DNA from: Nitrosarchaeum sp.
Lineage (GTDB): Archaea > Thermoproteota > Nitrososphaeria > Nitrososphaerales > Nitrosopumilaceae
Assembly (NCBI GenBank): GCA_965223865.1
Contig: OZ245020.1
Span: forward strand, 512,001-576,000
Length of the DNA: 64,000 nt
Direction of reading: 5' to 3'
The notes beneath the pieces are model-generated. The model had not been told where the DNA came from and ran no database searches. It worked only from the letters and a program-made list of their open reading frames with translations. Positions 9,504-18,946 of this stretch are shown here, piece after piece (the stretch's first letter is position 1; each line of letters begins with the position of its first letter). A program made the translations under genes and the position numbers.

Positions 9504-10424
9504 TCAACTCATCTCCCTAATTACAGCTTCAAAAATCATGGGAGGTTGTGAACCCACAATTTTTTCACTTTGCCCATCTGGTCCTACAACAAAAAATGTG
9601 GGTGTTCCAACAACACCATGAGCTAATGCTACCTTTTTGTTATAATCAACTCTTAATGCTTGTTGATTCCAAAAAATACATTTATCAAATTCATCAGCAT
9701 CCAAACTCAACCCATTTGCATATCCTACAAGTGCATCTAAACTAGCCCATCCATTTTGAACACCTGCATATTTTTTATTTAACACATCAAGATATTCAAA
9801 ATAACTTCCTTGTTCTTGAGCACAATAGGTTGCCTCAGCAGCAGATATCGAATCTTCACCTAACATAGGATAATCAATAACAAAGAATTTTGCAATACCT
9901 GAATTTATCAAATTCTCATCAAGTATTTTTTTTTCATGCAATAACCACTTTACACATTTCTCACATTGATGATCACTGAACATAATAATTGTAAACAAGG
10001 CATCTGTTTTTCCTTCAAATGGACCTGCATTACTTAAATCAAAACCTCCAATCATCAAATCTTCATTTGAAACCTCATTACTAGCTCCCACAGAAACAAT
10101 TCCTACTGAGATTAAATGTTGGATTCCATTAAGAAAATCTGCATCACCAATAGAGCCTTCAGCCCACCAGCCTGCAGTATTTTTTATCCAGGAGGGTATT
10201 TCATCTGATTTTTTATTTACTACAGAATCACTATCAACATGAATAATCTCTTCATTAACTAAAAATTCAATTCCTTTTACAAAATCTGCATCACCAATAG
10301 AGCCTTCAGCCCACCAGCCTGCAGTATTTTTTATCCAAGATGGAACATCTTGTGCAAAAACACTTGTTGTTACTGGAAAAACTATCAAAAAACTTAGAAT
10401 AATAAAATACTTCATAAATTTCAT
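9504..10424 (-). CDS. secreted DsbA/thioredoxin-fold protein with two PSWIKNTAGWW repeats
   Basis: FSDHQCEKC (CxxC), GVVGTPTFF cis-Pro motif, signal peptide. Confidence 0.88.
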   Translation of the reverse strand: MKFMKYFIILSFLIVFPVTTSVFAQDVPSWIKNTAGWWAEGSIGDADFVKGIEFLVNEEIIHVDSDSVVNKKSDEIPSWIKNTAGWWAEGSIGDADFLNGIQHLISVGIVSVGASNEVSNEDLMIGGFDLSNAGPFEGKTDALFTIIMFSDHQCEKCVKWLLHEKKILDENLINSGIAKFFVIDYPMLGEDSISAAEATYCAQEQGSYFEYLDVLNKKYAGVQNGWASLDALVGYANGLSLDADEFDKCIFWNQQALRVDYNKKVALAHGVVGTPTFFVVGPDGQSEKIVGSQPPMIFEAVIREMS

Positions 10425-10552
10425 GCTGCTCTTAGTACTAAAAATACAAATCATAATTTCCATAAATGAAAATTATTCGATAAACATACTATACAATCAA
10501 ATCTGAAAATAATATTTGCACCTTTTATAGGAAAAAATTAGCTTATTATGCA

Positions 10553-12249
10553 ATGAAATTAACAGCCCTAGCGGTACTATTTGCAGTAACAATTCTACTA
10601 ACCGGTACAATATTTACATCTGTTTCAACACAATATACTGAAGCTGTCAAAGGTCAAGGAGTTTCTAGTTCACAATATGGTTCCCAAACAAAAGGAACGG
10701 TATGTGGTGATAGACTTTGTTCAGAAATCCCTGGTGGAAGAGAAGCATGGGAGAGACAACAAATCACTCCTTCTGCTGTAATTCCAAAATATGGTATGGA
10801 ACAGAAAGGATTGCCTTTATCTCCTGAAACAGTTCATGAGAAAAGATCTCAAGGAATTACTTGTCAATGCGGTCCAGACGGATGTAATTGTCCTGGTTGT
10901 ACATGCAGTCAAGATGGAATCTGTACTTGTCATGGTGATGCTCATCAATGTTCTTGTGGTGGACATGATGGAAAACATGGAGCCTGTGCTTCATGTGGTA
11001 TGTCAGGCCATGGTTATCATGGAATGAGTGGTCATGAGATGAAATCAGTTACTGGAACAATTCAATCAGAAACTGATCCAGGTATGGGACATAAAGAACA
11101 TCAACTTGCAGTATTATTGCCACCATCAAATAAAATGTACAAAGGTATTCTGACTTACTCGGCATCTACAGATGTTCAGCTTGTTGCACTTCACGGACCA
11201 TTAGATAAAGATGAGGTTATGGACCAAACTATCTGGACTCCAGATAATGAGAAGACAAATTATGCCTTAACAGTAGTTAATCCAGAAAGTAATATGGGTA
11301 CCTGGGTTTTTGCTGGCAATGCATTAGCAGTTCATTCATTTGAGAAGGAACCATTTGATGTCACTTATTCGCTTTATTATGCAAAAATTGCTGACGGTCA
11401 TGCTATGTATGGAACTTGTCAATGTGCAAAGGATGCTCTTGTGATCAAGACGGATCTTGCATCTGCTCAGGTGAAGTTGGACCATGTATGTGCGGACCAA
11501 ACTGCACTTGTGGAGATTCTATGAAACATGGTTCTCATGGAATGAAATGCAATTGTAGTGAAGACGGAACATGTTCTTGTGGTGCAGGATGCACTTGCTC
11601 TAGTGAGCACTGTTCATGCAGTGAAACTGGAGAGTGTACTTGTGGTGCAGGATGTGACTGTGCTGGACCATCAGGTCATGGTGATATGAAACATGGTGAA
11701 ACTTGTACATCTTGTGGAAGTTATCATGATGCTCATAAAATGAGTGATCATGCAATGAAAGCCTATTCTGGAACAATCCAATCGGAAGATTATTCAAATC
11801 TTGAACAAGAACAATACCAACTTACTGTATTATTACCTCCAAGCTCAGATATACATGCTGGAGTAGTAACTTACTCGGCATCTACAGATGTTCAGGTTGT
11901 TGTACTCCACGGACCGTTAACTAAAGGTGAAGTTAAAGGACAAAATATCTGGACACCAGATGATAAGACAAATTATGCATCAACCGTTAACCCCGCAAAT
12001 AAAATGGGAAGCTGGATGTTTGCTGGCAATGCATTAGCAGTTAAAGCATCTGGTTCTGATCCATTTGATATCACTTATTCCATTGTAACAATGGGAGGTG
12101 GTCAATCAATGCCAGTTCATGAGAAAAGATCTCATGGTGTAACATGCGATTGTGCAGAAGAATGCTCTTGTGATCAAGACGGATCTTGCATCTGTTCAGG
12201 TGAAGTTGGACCATGTATGTGCGGACCAAATTGTAACTGTGGCGAATAA
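10553..12249 (+). pseudogene. secreted Cys/His-rich metallothionein-like multidomain protein split by a 1-nt frameshift near 11428-11430 (ORFs 10553-11524 and 11416-12249)
   Basis: TGT GCA AAG GAT GCT versus the paralogous 3' copy TGT GCA GAA GAA TGC TCT; one extra base joins both ORFs into 565 aa. Confidence 0.8.
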
Positions 12250-12334
12250 TCCACTTTCTTTTTATTTTTAGGATTACAATTTCAGAATCAATTAATCTAG
12301 ATTTTTAAATAGAAAACAAAGGAACAAGAACTAC

Positions 12335-13900
12335 TTGAAGAAAATATTCTATGTTGTAATTACTCTTTTTGTATTGTCCATTATGATATCATCAACCATT
12401 TCTTCTTCATTTGGTCATGGTGTTGGAAGTGAAACATTTCCTCCAGTTGATTTAGATGGTAAACTTGTAACACTAGAAGTTTCTTCGTCTACTAATAATC
12501 CTGAAGAGAGTAGTGACCAACAAATTTCTATCTCTATGATTGATTTTGATTCTAAAATTACATTAAGAGATGTTACTTTTTTGATTAAGTCAGAACGTGG
12601 AGAACAATTTCTGTTTGAAAAAGAATTTCAGGCTGATAATGGTTTTTTAGTCTTTAATTTTGTCTCAGAAGACACTGAAAAAATTCTGATTGAAGAAGAA
12701 AGTGGAGGTGATTTTTTTGGATCTTTATTGGGTCTTGAAAGTAGAAAAATAAATGTAATAGGACCAAGCCTTAGTGAAGGAGGACTTTACACCTTTGATG
12801 TTAGTATTCTTACTGCAGATGGCTATTCAAAAAAACTAGATAAACCCCTAGTGTTTAATGCCGGAATTTCAATTGCTCAAACAACCAAACACGAAATAAA
12901 TGATCCAAATTTTGGCAGTCAAACAATTGATGTAATAACATACTATGACGAAATCAATGATTTTAGTTACAATCCTAATTTAAAAGAAATAAAATTTTCT
13001 ATGCCATTTGAATGGAGTGAAACAAATGTTAATCAAACATCAGTGGTTCACGAAGAATTAGTAATACCAAAAACATTTGGAGATTTACTTGTTTCAGGAT
13101 TTTCAATGTACGTCAATGACATCAAATTATCTGATGATATTGTAACAATTGATGATTTTTTCTCTGAAGGTAGAGTTGTTCATTTTATTGTCAATCAAAA
13201 AGAATTATGGAATATTCTTGAAGAATACGAAAATCAAAATGGAATGAATTTTGTTATAAAGCCTAGTTCAGAGAAAATTCAGCTAAGCTCTGTAACAGAT
13301 AACGGACAATTTCGTTTACTTGTTTCATGGGAACCAGAAATTCTTAAATCAGATTCTCAAGCAAAAATTATTTTTGATATTACAGATATTTTCTTAAAGA
13401 ATAGACCTGTTGCTGTTAATTATGATTTTTCCATAACTCAAAATGAAAGAATTATCCATACACAAAGTGGTTTTAGTACAGATTCTAGAGATGAGCATAA
13501 TATAGCTAAATTTTTCATTCCTGAAGATGTTTCCGGTATTATTCATTTGAATTTCCAAAATTTAGATGATAACAATTTAGCAAAAACATCAATTCCTGTT
13601 GTAGTTGACCCTATTACAAATACAAAAAACACAATTGCAATTCCAGAATGGATTCGTAACAATGCTGCATGGTGGTCAGAAGAACAAATAGATGATAAAA
13701 CCTTCATTCAGGGAATAGAATATCTTATCAAAAATGATATAATTGTAATTCCAAAAACTGCTCAATCTGAGTCTGACACTAAAGAAATTCCTTCATGGAT
13801 TCGTAACAACGCAGGCTGGTGGGCTGAACAACAAATAGATGATGAAACCTTTGTCCAAGGTTTACAATACTTAATACAAAAAGGAATACTTCTTGTTTGA
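12335..13900 (+). CDS. secreted His1 protein, paralog of 7046-8758, with two IPxWIRNNAxWW repeats
   Basis: SSFG|HGVGSE; TYYDE..FSMPFEW..VVHEEL. Confidence 0.85.
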   Translation: MKKIFYVVITLFVLSIMISSTISSSFGHGVGSETFPPVDLDGKLVTLEVSSSTNNPEESSDQQISISMIDFDSKITLRDVTFLIKSERGEQFLFEKEFQADNGFLVFNFVSEDTEKILIEEESGGDFFGSLLGLESRKINVIGPSLSEGGLYTFDVSILTADGYSKKLDKPLVFNAGISIAQTTKHEINDPNFGSQTIDVITYYDEINDFSYNPNLKEIKFSMPFEWSETNVNQTSVVHEELVIPKTFGDLLVSGFSMYVNDIKLSDDIVTIDDFFSEGRVVHFIVNQKELWNILEEYENQNGMNFVIKPSSEKIQLSSVTDNGQFRLLVSWEPEILKSDSQAKIIFDITDIFLKNRPVAVNYDFSITQNERIIHTQSGFSTDSRDEHNIAKFFIPEDVSGIIHLNFQNLDDNNLAKTSIPVVVDPITNTKNTIAIPEWIRNNAAWWSEEQIDDKTFIQGIEYLIKNDIIVIPKTAQSESDTKEIPSWIRNNAGWWAEQQIDDETFVQGLQYLIQKGILLV

Positions 13901-13964
13901 TCGCTTGCCACTTCGAAGTATGAACCAGTCTCTTTAAATTAATAAAAAAATAATTTTCATTGAA

Positions 13965-14357
13965 TTGTTTCGACCACAAAGCATAGTTGAACGAAAATCA
14001 GCATTATTCTCTATAGTTGTTACTGGAATTATTGCAATTTTGGCAATTCCTGTAATAATGCCTCATATTTTACATGGATTTCATATTGCTCATATTTTCT
14101 TACATATAGGTGGAATTACACTTGCAGTATTCATTACAATTCTTGCAACATTAGCCTATGCAAAATTAAAAACAAAACGACTCTTGCTTAGTGCAATTGC
14201 CTTTGGGAATTTTATTGGAGCAGAGACTGTATTATTAATAGATGCCACATGGCCAACTGTCTTTGATCTAAAGGATATGCCTCTATTAGAAGTAGGACAT
14301 TTATTGACGTTTAGCACACTGGGACTATTAGCTTTGGGAGTTTTTAGAAATGATTGA
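13965..14357 (+). CDS. His-rich integral membrane protein
   Basis: 4 TM helices; PHILHGFHIAHIFLH; overlaps the downstream regulator gene. Confidence 0.8.
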   Translation: MFRPQSIVERKSALFSIVVTGIIAILAIPVIMPHILHGFHIAHIFLHIGGITLAVFITILATLAYAKLKTKRLLLSAIAFGNFIGAETVLLIDATWPTVFDLKDMPLLEVGHLLTFSTLGLLALGVFRND

Positions 14358-14850
14358 TAGAAATTTAAAATTACAACAAATAATTGAACAAAACCCAGGA
14401 ATTCAATTCAGAGAAATCATGCGATCCTCTGGGCTAAAAAATGGTGTTCTTAGCCATTATCTAAGTAAATTAGAAAAAAGTGGAATTATCAAAGCAGAAC
14501 GAGGTCCAAGACAAACAAGATTTTATCCACCAAAAATTACAGAAGATGAATCCAAAGTAATCAAATCATTACGCAGACAAACTCCTAGAGACTTGTTACT
14601 TGCACTTGTAAAAGAAGATGGTTTAGAATTTAATCAACTAGTAAAAGAAGTTGGAAAATCACCGTCAACTGTGTCACTTTATTTATCACAAATAGTTAAC
14701 GACGGTCTTGTTGAGATAAAAATAGAGAATCTAAAAAAGAAATATTACATTAAAACAAGAGATTTGATAGATCAATTAATTGAAGATTATAGACCAAGCT
14801 TAATTGAAAAACCAACATCTGGATTCGAAGATATATTCAATTCTTTGTAG
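14350..14850 (+). CDS. double winged-helix (ArsR-like) transcriptional regulator
   Basis: NPGIQFREIMRSSGLKNGVLSHYLSKLEKSG and second HTH KSPSTVSLYLSQI. Confidence 0.88.
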   Translation: MIDRNLKLQQIIEQNPGIQFREIMRSSGLKNGVLSHYLSKLEKSGIIKAERGPRQTRFYPPKITEDESKVIKSLRRQTPRDLLLALVKEDGLEFNQLVKEVGKSPSTVSLYLSQIVNDGLVEIKIENLKKKYYIKTRDLIDQLIEDYRPSLIEKPTSGFEDIFNSL

Positions 14851-14971
14851 ATTTTCTAAAATATTACGAAATTTTTTTGATAAAAAATTATTTTTGTATA
14901 TTCAAAATAATCTAATAATTGTCATTCTCAAAGTTTAGATTATGTTAGTAAAATAATTTCTAATGTTATAC

Positions 14972-14994
14972 CAGTACAATTTGTAAATGTACCA
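14972..14994. promoter_or_regulatory. putative TF site CAGTACAA-N7-ATGTACCA just upstream of TATA (ttataa 15001-15006)
   Basis: GTAC-N11-GTAC spacing as at 6001 and 18071. Confidence 0.55.
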
Positions 14995-15029
14995 AATTCG
15001 TTATAATTAAAATTCAAAGAAGGAATTCA

Positions 15030-15635
15030 ATGAACAAAAAACGTCTATTCATTCCAGCAGTAATTGCTGCAATTGCAATAGGAGCACTTGGTTATATCGG
15101 AGCACAAGAGGCAGATGCTCACCAAAGAATTACTGGCTTGAGCTTCGGTACAATCATCATAGGACATGAGGCTGAACCAGCGTTTGGTCATGAAAAAGGT
15201 GTTTGGCTTGGAAAACACCCTACTGAAGTATTCTTACGTGATGCAGACAATAATCCAATCATAGACCTCCAAGGACTCAAAGTAGACAAGTACTACTTCA
15301 AAAATGTTAAAAAATACAACAAAGCAGATTCATTATTTGACGCAACAGCAAAATCTCTCGGAAATGACTTGAGACAAGTATTTGGCGAACCTGGAACATA
15401 TCATAGTGATCAGATAATCGAACCTGGCATTTATGGATATAGGGTATACGGAGATGTTAATGGCCATTCACTTGATGTAACCTTGTTTTGTGCTGCCGAT
15501 GGAATGGATGATCCAACAAAATTTGAAGATACTGCTGATGGTGAACCAGCTAGAGAATTTGGATGTCCAAGAGACATAAATGACATCAAATTCCCGCCTG
15601 ATAACAGCAAGAACAACCACGACGACGATGATTAA
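15030..15635 (+). CDS. secreted His1 protein, distant paralog of 3518-4162
   Basis: EADA|HQRI; GHEAEP; EPGTY...YGDVNG resembles RPGHY...EGEING. Confidence 0.75.
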   Translation: MNKKRLFIPAVIAAIAIGALGYIGAQEADAHQRITGLSFGTIIIGHEAEPAFGHEKGVWLGKHPTEVFLRDADNNPIIDLQGLKVDKYYFKNVKKYNKADSLFDATAKSLGNDLRQVFGEPGTYHSDQIIEPGIYGYRVYGDVNGHSLDVTLFCAADGMDDPTKFEDTADGEPAREFGCPRDINDIKFPPDNSKNNHDDDD

Positions 15636-15736
15636 TCACATCATTTCTTTTTCTTTTTTATTGTATAGGATAAACTTGAATTCTGTTTTAGATGAGTGTA
15701 ATTTCAAATTATTTAATGAGATTTTGGGATAAAAAA

Positions 15737-16135
15737 ATGAAAGAAAATAATGCACAAGAGCTTGCTTTTTGGGGATTACGTTTCTCTATTGGAATTTTGT
15801 TTGTTACTGTAGGATTAGATAAATTCAATGAATCATTTGCAAAGTATTTGTTAGATATAGGATTGCCATTAGAATTACAGATACCAATAGCATTAGCAGA
15901 ATGCATTGGAGGAATTTTATTAATATTAGGATTTATGACGAGAATTTCAGCAGGAGTTTTGGCTACAATAATGCTTGGCGCAATTATTATAAAACAAATA
16001 TCTTTACCGTTTGAGATAGCAACTATTGAAATGGATCTTATCCTTTTAAGCGTGTGCATTTTAATCTTAGTGGTAGGATCTGGAAAAGTATCATTGGCAA
16101 AAAAAATTGAAAACATCCCAAACATCCTAAATTAA
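15737..16135 (+). CDS. DoxX family membrane protein
   Basis: LRFSIGILF..GLDKF, AECIGGILLILGFMTR, GSGKVSL. Confidence 0.85.
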   Translation: MKENNAQELAFWGLRFSIGILFVTVGLDKFNESFAKYLLDIGLPLELQIPIALAECIGGILLILGFMTRISAGVLATIMLGAIIIKQISLPFEIATIEMDLILLSVCILILVVGSGKVSLAKKIENIPNILN

Positions 16136-16380
16136 TTCTTATGTTACTAAATAAAATTAAGTCGCATTATATAGATAGTTCACTATTTTAACTACTATTA
16201 CAGTTTACACATAAAATATTCCAATTTTATTTTTACCTATTATTGAATAGCATTACTATGCAAATCATGATAGGACGAGAAATGAAGGAGTTATACGGTT
16301 CATCTTTTACCTGTTTCTCTTTTTTTTAATTCTTTTTTGAACAATCTTATTATAGAATTTTCATTCAAGCTAAACATCTA

Positions 16381-17157
16381 ATGTTTCCACTAAGAGATGA
16401 GAATCCACATCCACCTGGATTCAAACCAAAGGTAACTTACGCATTAATGATAATCAATATCATTGTATTTTTTATCGAAGTTGTATACACTGGACAATTC
16501 TTTGATTTTTCAAATCAAAATGCATTTAATTTATTTTATAATTGGGGTGCTGTTCCAAATTGTATAACAGGTGGTACTGTACTTAATGTTGATTTTGGTG
16601 CAGGGCCATTACGTGTATCGTGCCCTGATGTACCATATGTATCTCTGATTAGTTCTATCTTTTTGCATGGTGGTTTGATGCATCTTGGAGGAAACATGTT
16701 GTTTTTGTGGATCTTTGGAGATAATATTGAACAAAAGTTTGGAAAAGTAAAGTATCTTGGAATTTATCTGATGTGGGGAGTAGTTGCTGGATTAATACAT
16801 ATCTATGGTGATACAAACAGCGCCATTCCTGCAGTTGGAGCATCAGGAGCAATATCTGGAATATTAGGTGCTTATCTTGTAATTTTTCCAAGAGCTAGAA
16901 TTCAAACTTTCATGATGCTAGGCTTCTTTTGGCGAATGATGCATATACAAGCAAGATGGTTTTTGCCATTTTGGTTAATTTTCCAGAACTTACTTCCATT
17001 TTTTATTGGAGGATTTGGTGTTGCAGGTGGAGGAGTAGCCTATCTTGCACATATTGGAGGTTTTGTTATAGGGCTTGCAACAGGCTACCTATACAAAAAG
17101 ACACATACCTCAGACTTTACTTATGGAACAAGATACGGCTATAGACCCGATTACTAG
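16381..17157 (+). CDS. rhomboid family intramembrane serine protease
   Basis: FLHGGLMHLGGNM, VGASGAI, AHIGGF. Confidence 0.93.
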   Translation: MFPLRDENPHPPGFKPKVTYALMIINIIVFFIEVVYTGQFFDFSNQNAFNLFYNWGAVPNCITGGTVLNVDFGAGPLRVSCPDVPYVSLISSIFLHGGLMHLGGNMLFLWIFGDNIEQKFGKVKYLGIYLMWGVVAGLIHIYGDTNSAIPAVGASGAISGILGAYLVIFPRARIQTFMMLGFFWRMMHIQARWFLPFWLIFQNLLPFFIGGFGVAGGGVAYLAHIGGFVIGLATGYLYKKTHTSDFTYGTRYGYRPDY

Positions 17158-17196
17158 TTTTTAAAGAATAAATCAACCAAATCAAACAAACTATTC

Positions 17197-17373
17197 ATGC
17201 CTTTGATTACTGTATCAATGTATCCAGGAAGATCACAAGAACAAAAAGATGAATATGCAAAAGCAATTACAAAAGCTGCTGTAGATATTCTCAAAACAAA
17301 AGAGAATCATGTAATTGTTGTTTTTGAGGATAATCCAAAGGAGAATTGGTTTTTGGCAGGAAGCCAACTGTAA
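17197..17373 (+). CDS. 4-oxalocrotonate tautomerase family protein (58 aa, not in ORF track)
   Basis: MPLITVSMYPGRSQEQKDEYAKAIT...ENWFLAG; N-terminal catalytic Pro. Confidence 0.85.
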   Translation: MPLITVSMYPGRSQEQKDEYAKAITKAAVDILKTKENHVIVVFEDNPKENWFLAGSQL

Positions 17374-17634
17374 ACAGACCTGTCATTTTCCTCTTTTTTG
17401 TAAATGCAAATGGTGATAACCATCATCTGCTTTATTATGAAATTTTAATGTATGTTCATAATCCTTACAAGGTTGCTCACTCACAGATTTTCACAATAAT
17501 TCATATGTAAAAACAATCTATGCATCAACCAAAAATACGACAAGAAAATTTCACTAAACGAAATAGAATATGTAAACCAAAATTATACTCTGGTTAATTT
17601 TACTCAACTCTGTTATTTTTTTGTAATCTAGTAA

Positions 17635-17871
17635 GTGTATTCTATGGGTTATCATGAAAAATATGAGCAAGAAGATGCTTATTGGTGCTTAGTCCATAAC
17701 TATTGGGAACCTCATAACCAACATTGTCTTCATCAAAAAGAATTACATATTCTACTTGAAGAGATCAATCATCCTCTTTCAACCTTAGAACATATAGTGG
17801 AAAATGCTGTTAGACACTCAATCATCCAATCAGGACACATACTTCATGACCACCTAATTCATAAACACTAA
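17635..17871 (+). CDS. small His-rich protein
   Basis: 14 His in 78 aa; opposite-strand frames are closed. Confidence 0.5.
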   Translation: MYSMGYHEKYEQEDAYWCLVHNYWEPHNQHCLHQKELHILLEEINHPLSTLEHIVENAVRHSIIQSGHILHDHLIHKH

Positions 17872-17970
17872 CAAAAATTCACTCAATTTTGTAACTAATA
17901 CACATCTTCTCAATTAAAAAATCTTGTAAATTTTATCAATTTATGGTAGTAATTCAACTTTAATTATTTT

Positions 17971-18006
17971 TAAAAAAAGAAAACAACTGGATTTTTTCCT
18001 CCAGTC
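17971..18006 (-). terminator. hairpin (ACTGGA/TCCAGT) followed by T-tract on minus strand
   Basis: minus strand reads actgga-N8-tccagt-tgttttcttttttt. Confidence 0.4.
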
Positions 18007-18070
18007 ACAGGAATAGACATACACACATTGGTCGATACCCAAATTATACATAAATAAAATAATAACAAAA

Positions 18071-18093
18071 TGGTACATTTGATGCATGTACCA
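18071..18093. promoter_or_regulatory. perfect palindrome TGGTACAT-N7-ATGTACCA, putative TF site
   Basis: 8-bp perfect inverted arms; near-identical copy at 6001. Confidence 0.6.
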
Positions 18094-18139
18094 GATTTGT
18101 TTGTGTATATTTTTATTATAATTTCAAACTAGAAAATTT

Positions 18140-18946
18140 ATGAAAGCTGCTATTGTACAATTCAACGCATCAACAAACAAAGAAACAAATCTAAAAAAAA
18201 TTATAGATTACATTACCAAAGCAGCAAAAAACAAAGCAAGCTTAATTGCTTTTCCGGAATTTATGATGTTTTACACAAATTCATCACAAACACCAAAACA
18301 ACTTGCAGATTTAGCAGAAACAATTACTGGGAATTTTGTTACCACTATTGCAAAAACTGCAAAAGAAAATCATATTCAAGTTATAGGTTCTTTTTATGAA
18401 AAGAGTAATAAAAAAGATCGTGTATATGATACTTCATTTATAATTGATAAATCAGGTAAAGTTATCTCAACTTATAGAAAGATTCATCTCTATAATGCAT
18501 TAGGATTTCGAGAATCAGATAAGATAGTGTCAGGTTCAAAAATTACAAAACCAGTAAAAACATCAATTGGTAAAATAGGTATGATGATTTGTTATGACTT
18601 GAGATTTCCTGAAATGGCAAGATCCCTTGCAGTATCTGGTTCTGAAATTTTGGTTGCACCATCTGCATGGGTAAAAGGAAAAGGAAAAGAAGATCATTGG
18701 ATTACAATAAACAAAACACGTGCAATGGAAAATGGTTGTTATGTGATTGCCCCTGATCAAGTTGGAAACATATACTGTGGTAGAAGTATTGCAGTAGATC
18801 CATTTGGTCAAGTCTTACTTGACATGCAAAAAAAACAAGGAATTGCTTATGTTGAAATTGAATTAAACAAAGTAAAACAAACCCGCAAAGTTTTACCGTT
18901 ACTAAAAAACAGAAGAACAGACATATATCCTACTTTGAAGACTTAG
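18140..18946 (+). CDS. carbon-nitrogen hydrolase (Nit1-like amidase)
   Basis: FPE, YRKIHL, ICYDLRFPE catalytic triad motifs. Confidence 0.92.
   Translation: MKAAIVQFNASTNKETNLKKIIDYITKAAKNKASLIAFPEFMMFYTNSSQTPKQLADLAETITGNFVTTIAKTAKENHIQVIGSFYEKSNKKDRVYDTSFIIDKSGKVISTYRKIHLYNALGFRESDKIVSGSKITKPVKTSIGKIGMMICYDLRFPEMARSLAVSGSEILVAPSAWVKGKGKEDHWITINKTRAMENGCYVIAPDQVGNIYCGRSIAVDPFGQVLLDMQKKQGIAYVEIELNKVKQTRKVLPLLKNRRTDIYPTLKT

Noticed and set aside
11420-11435. Programmed -1 ribosomal frameshift
   Set aside because: No X XXY YYZ slippery heptamer; a single-base loss in a short A run is simpler
16258-16330. 23-codon ORF or weak hairpin before a T-tract
   Set aside because: Too short and too weakly structured to support
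1-18100. Island as a mobile element
   Set aside because: No integrase, transposase, att site or compositional break; gene families are typical thaumarchaeal
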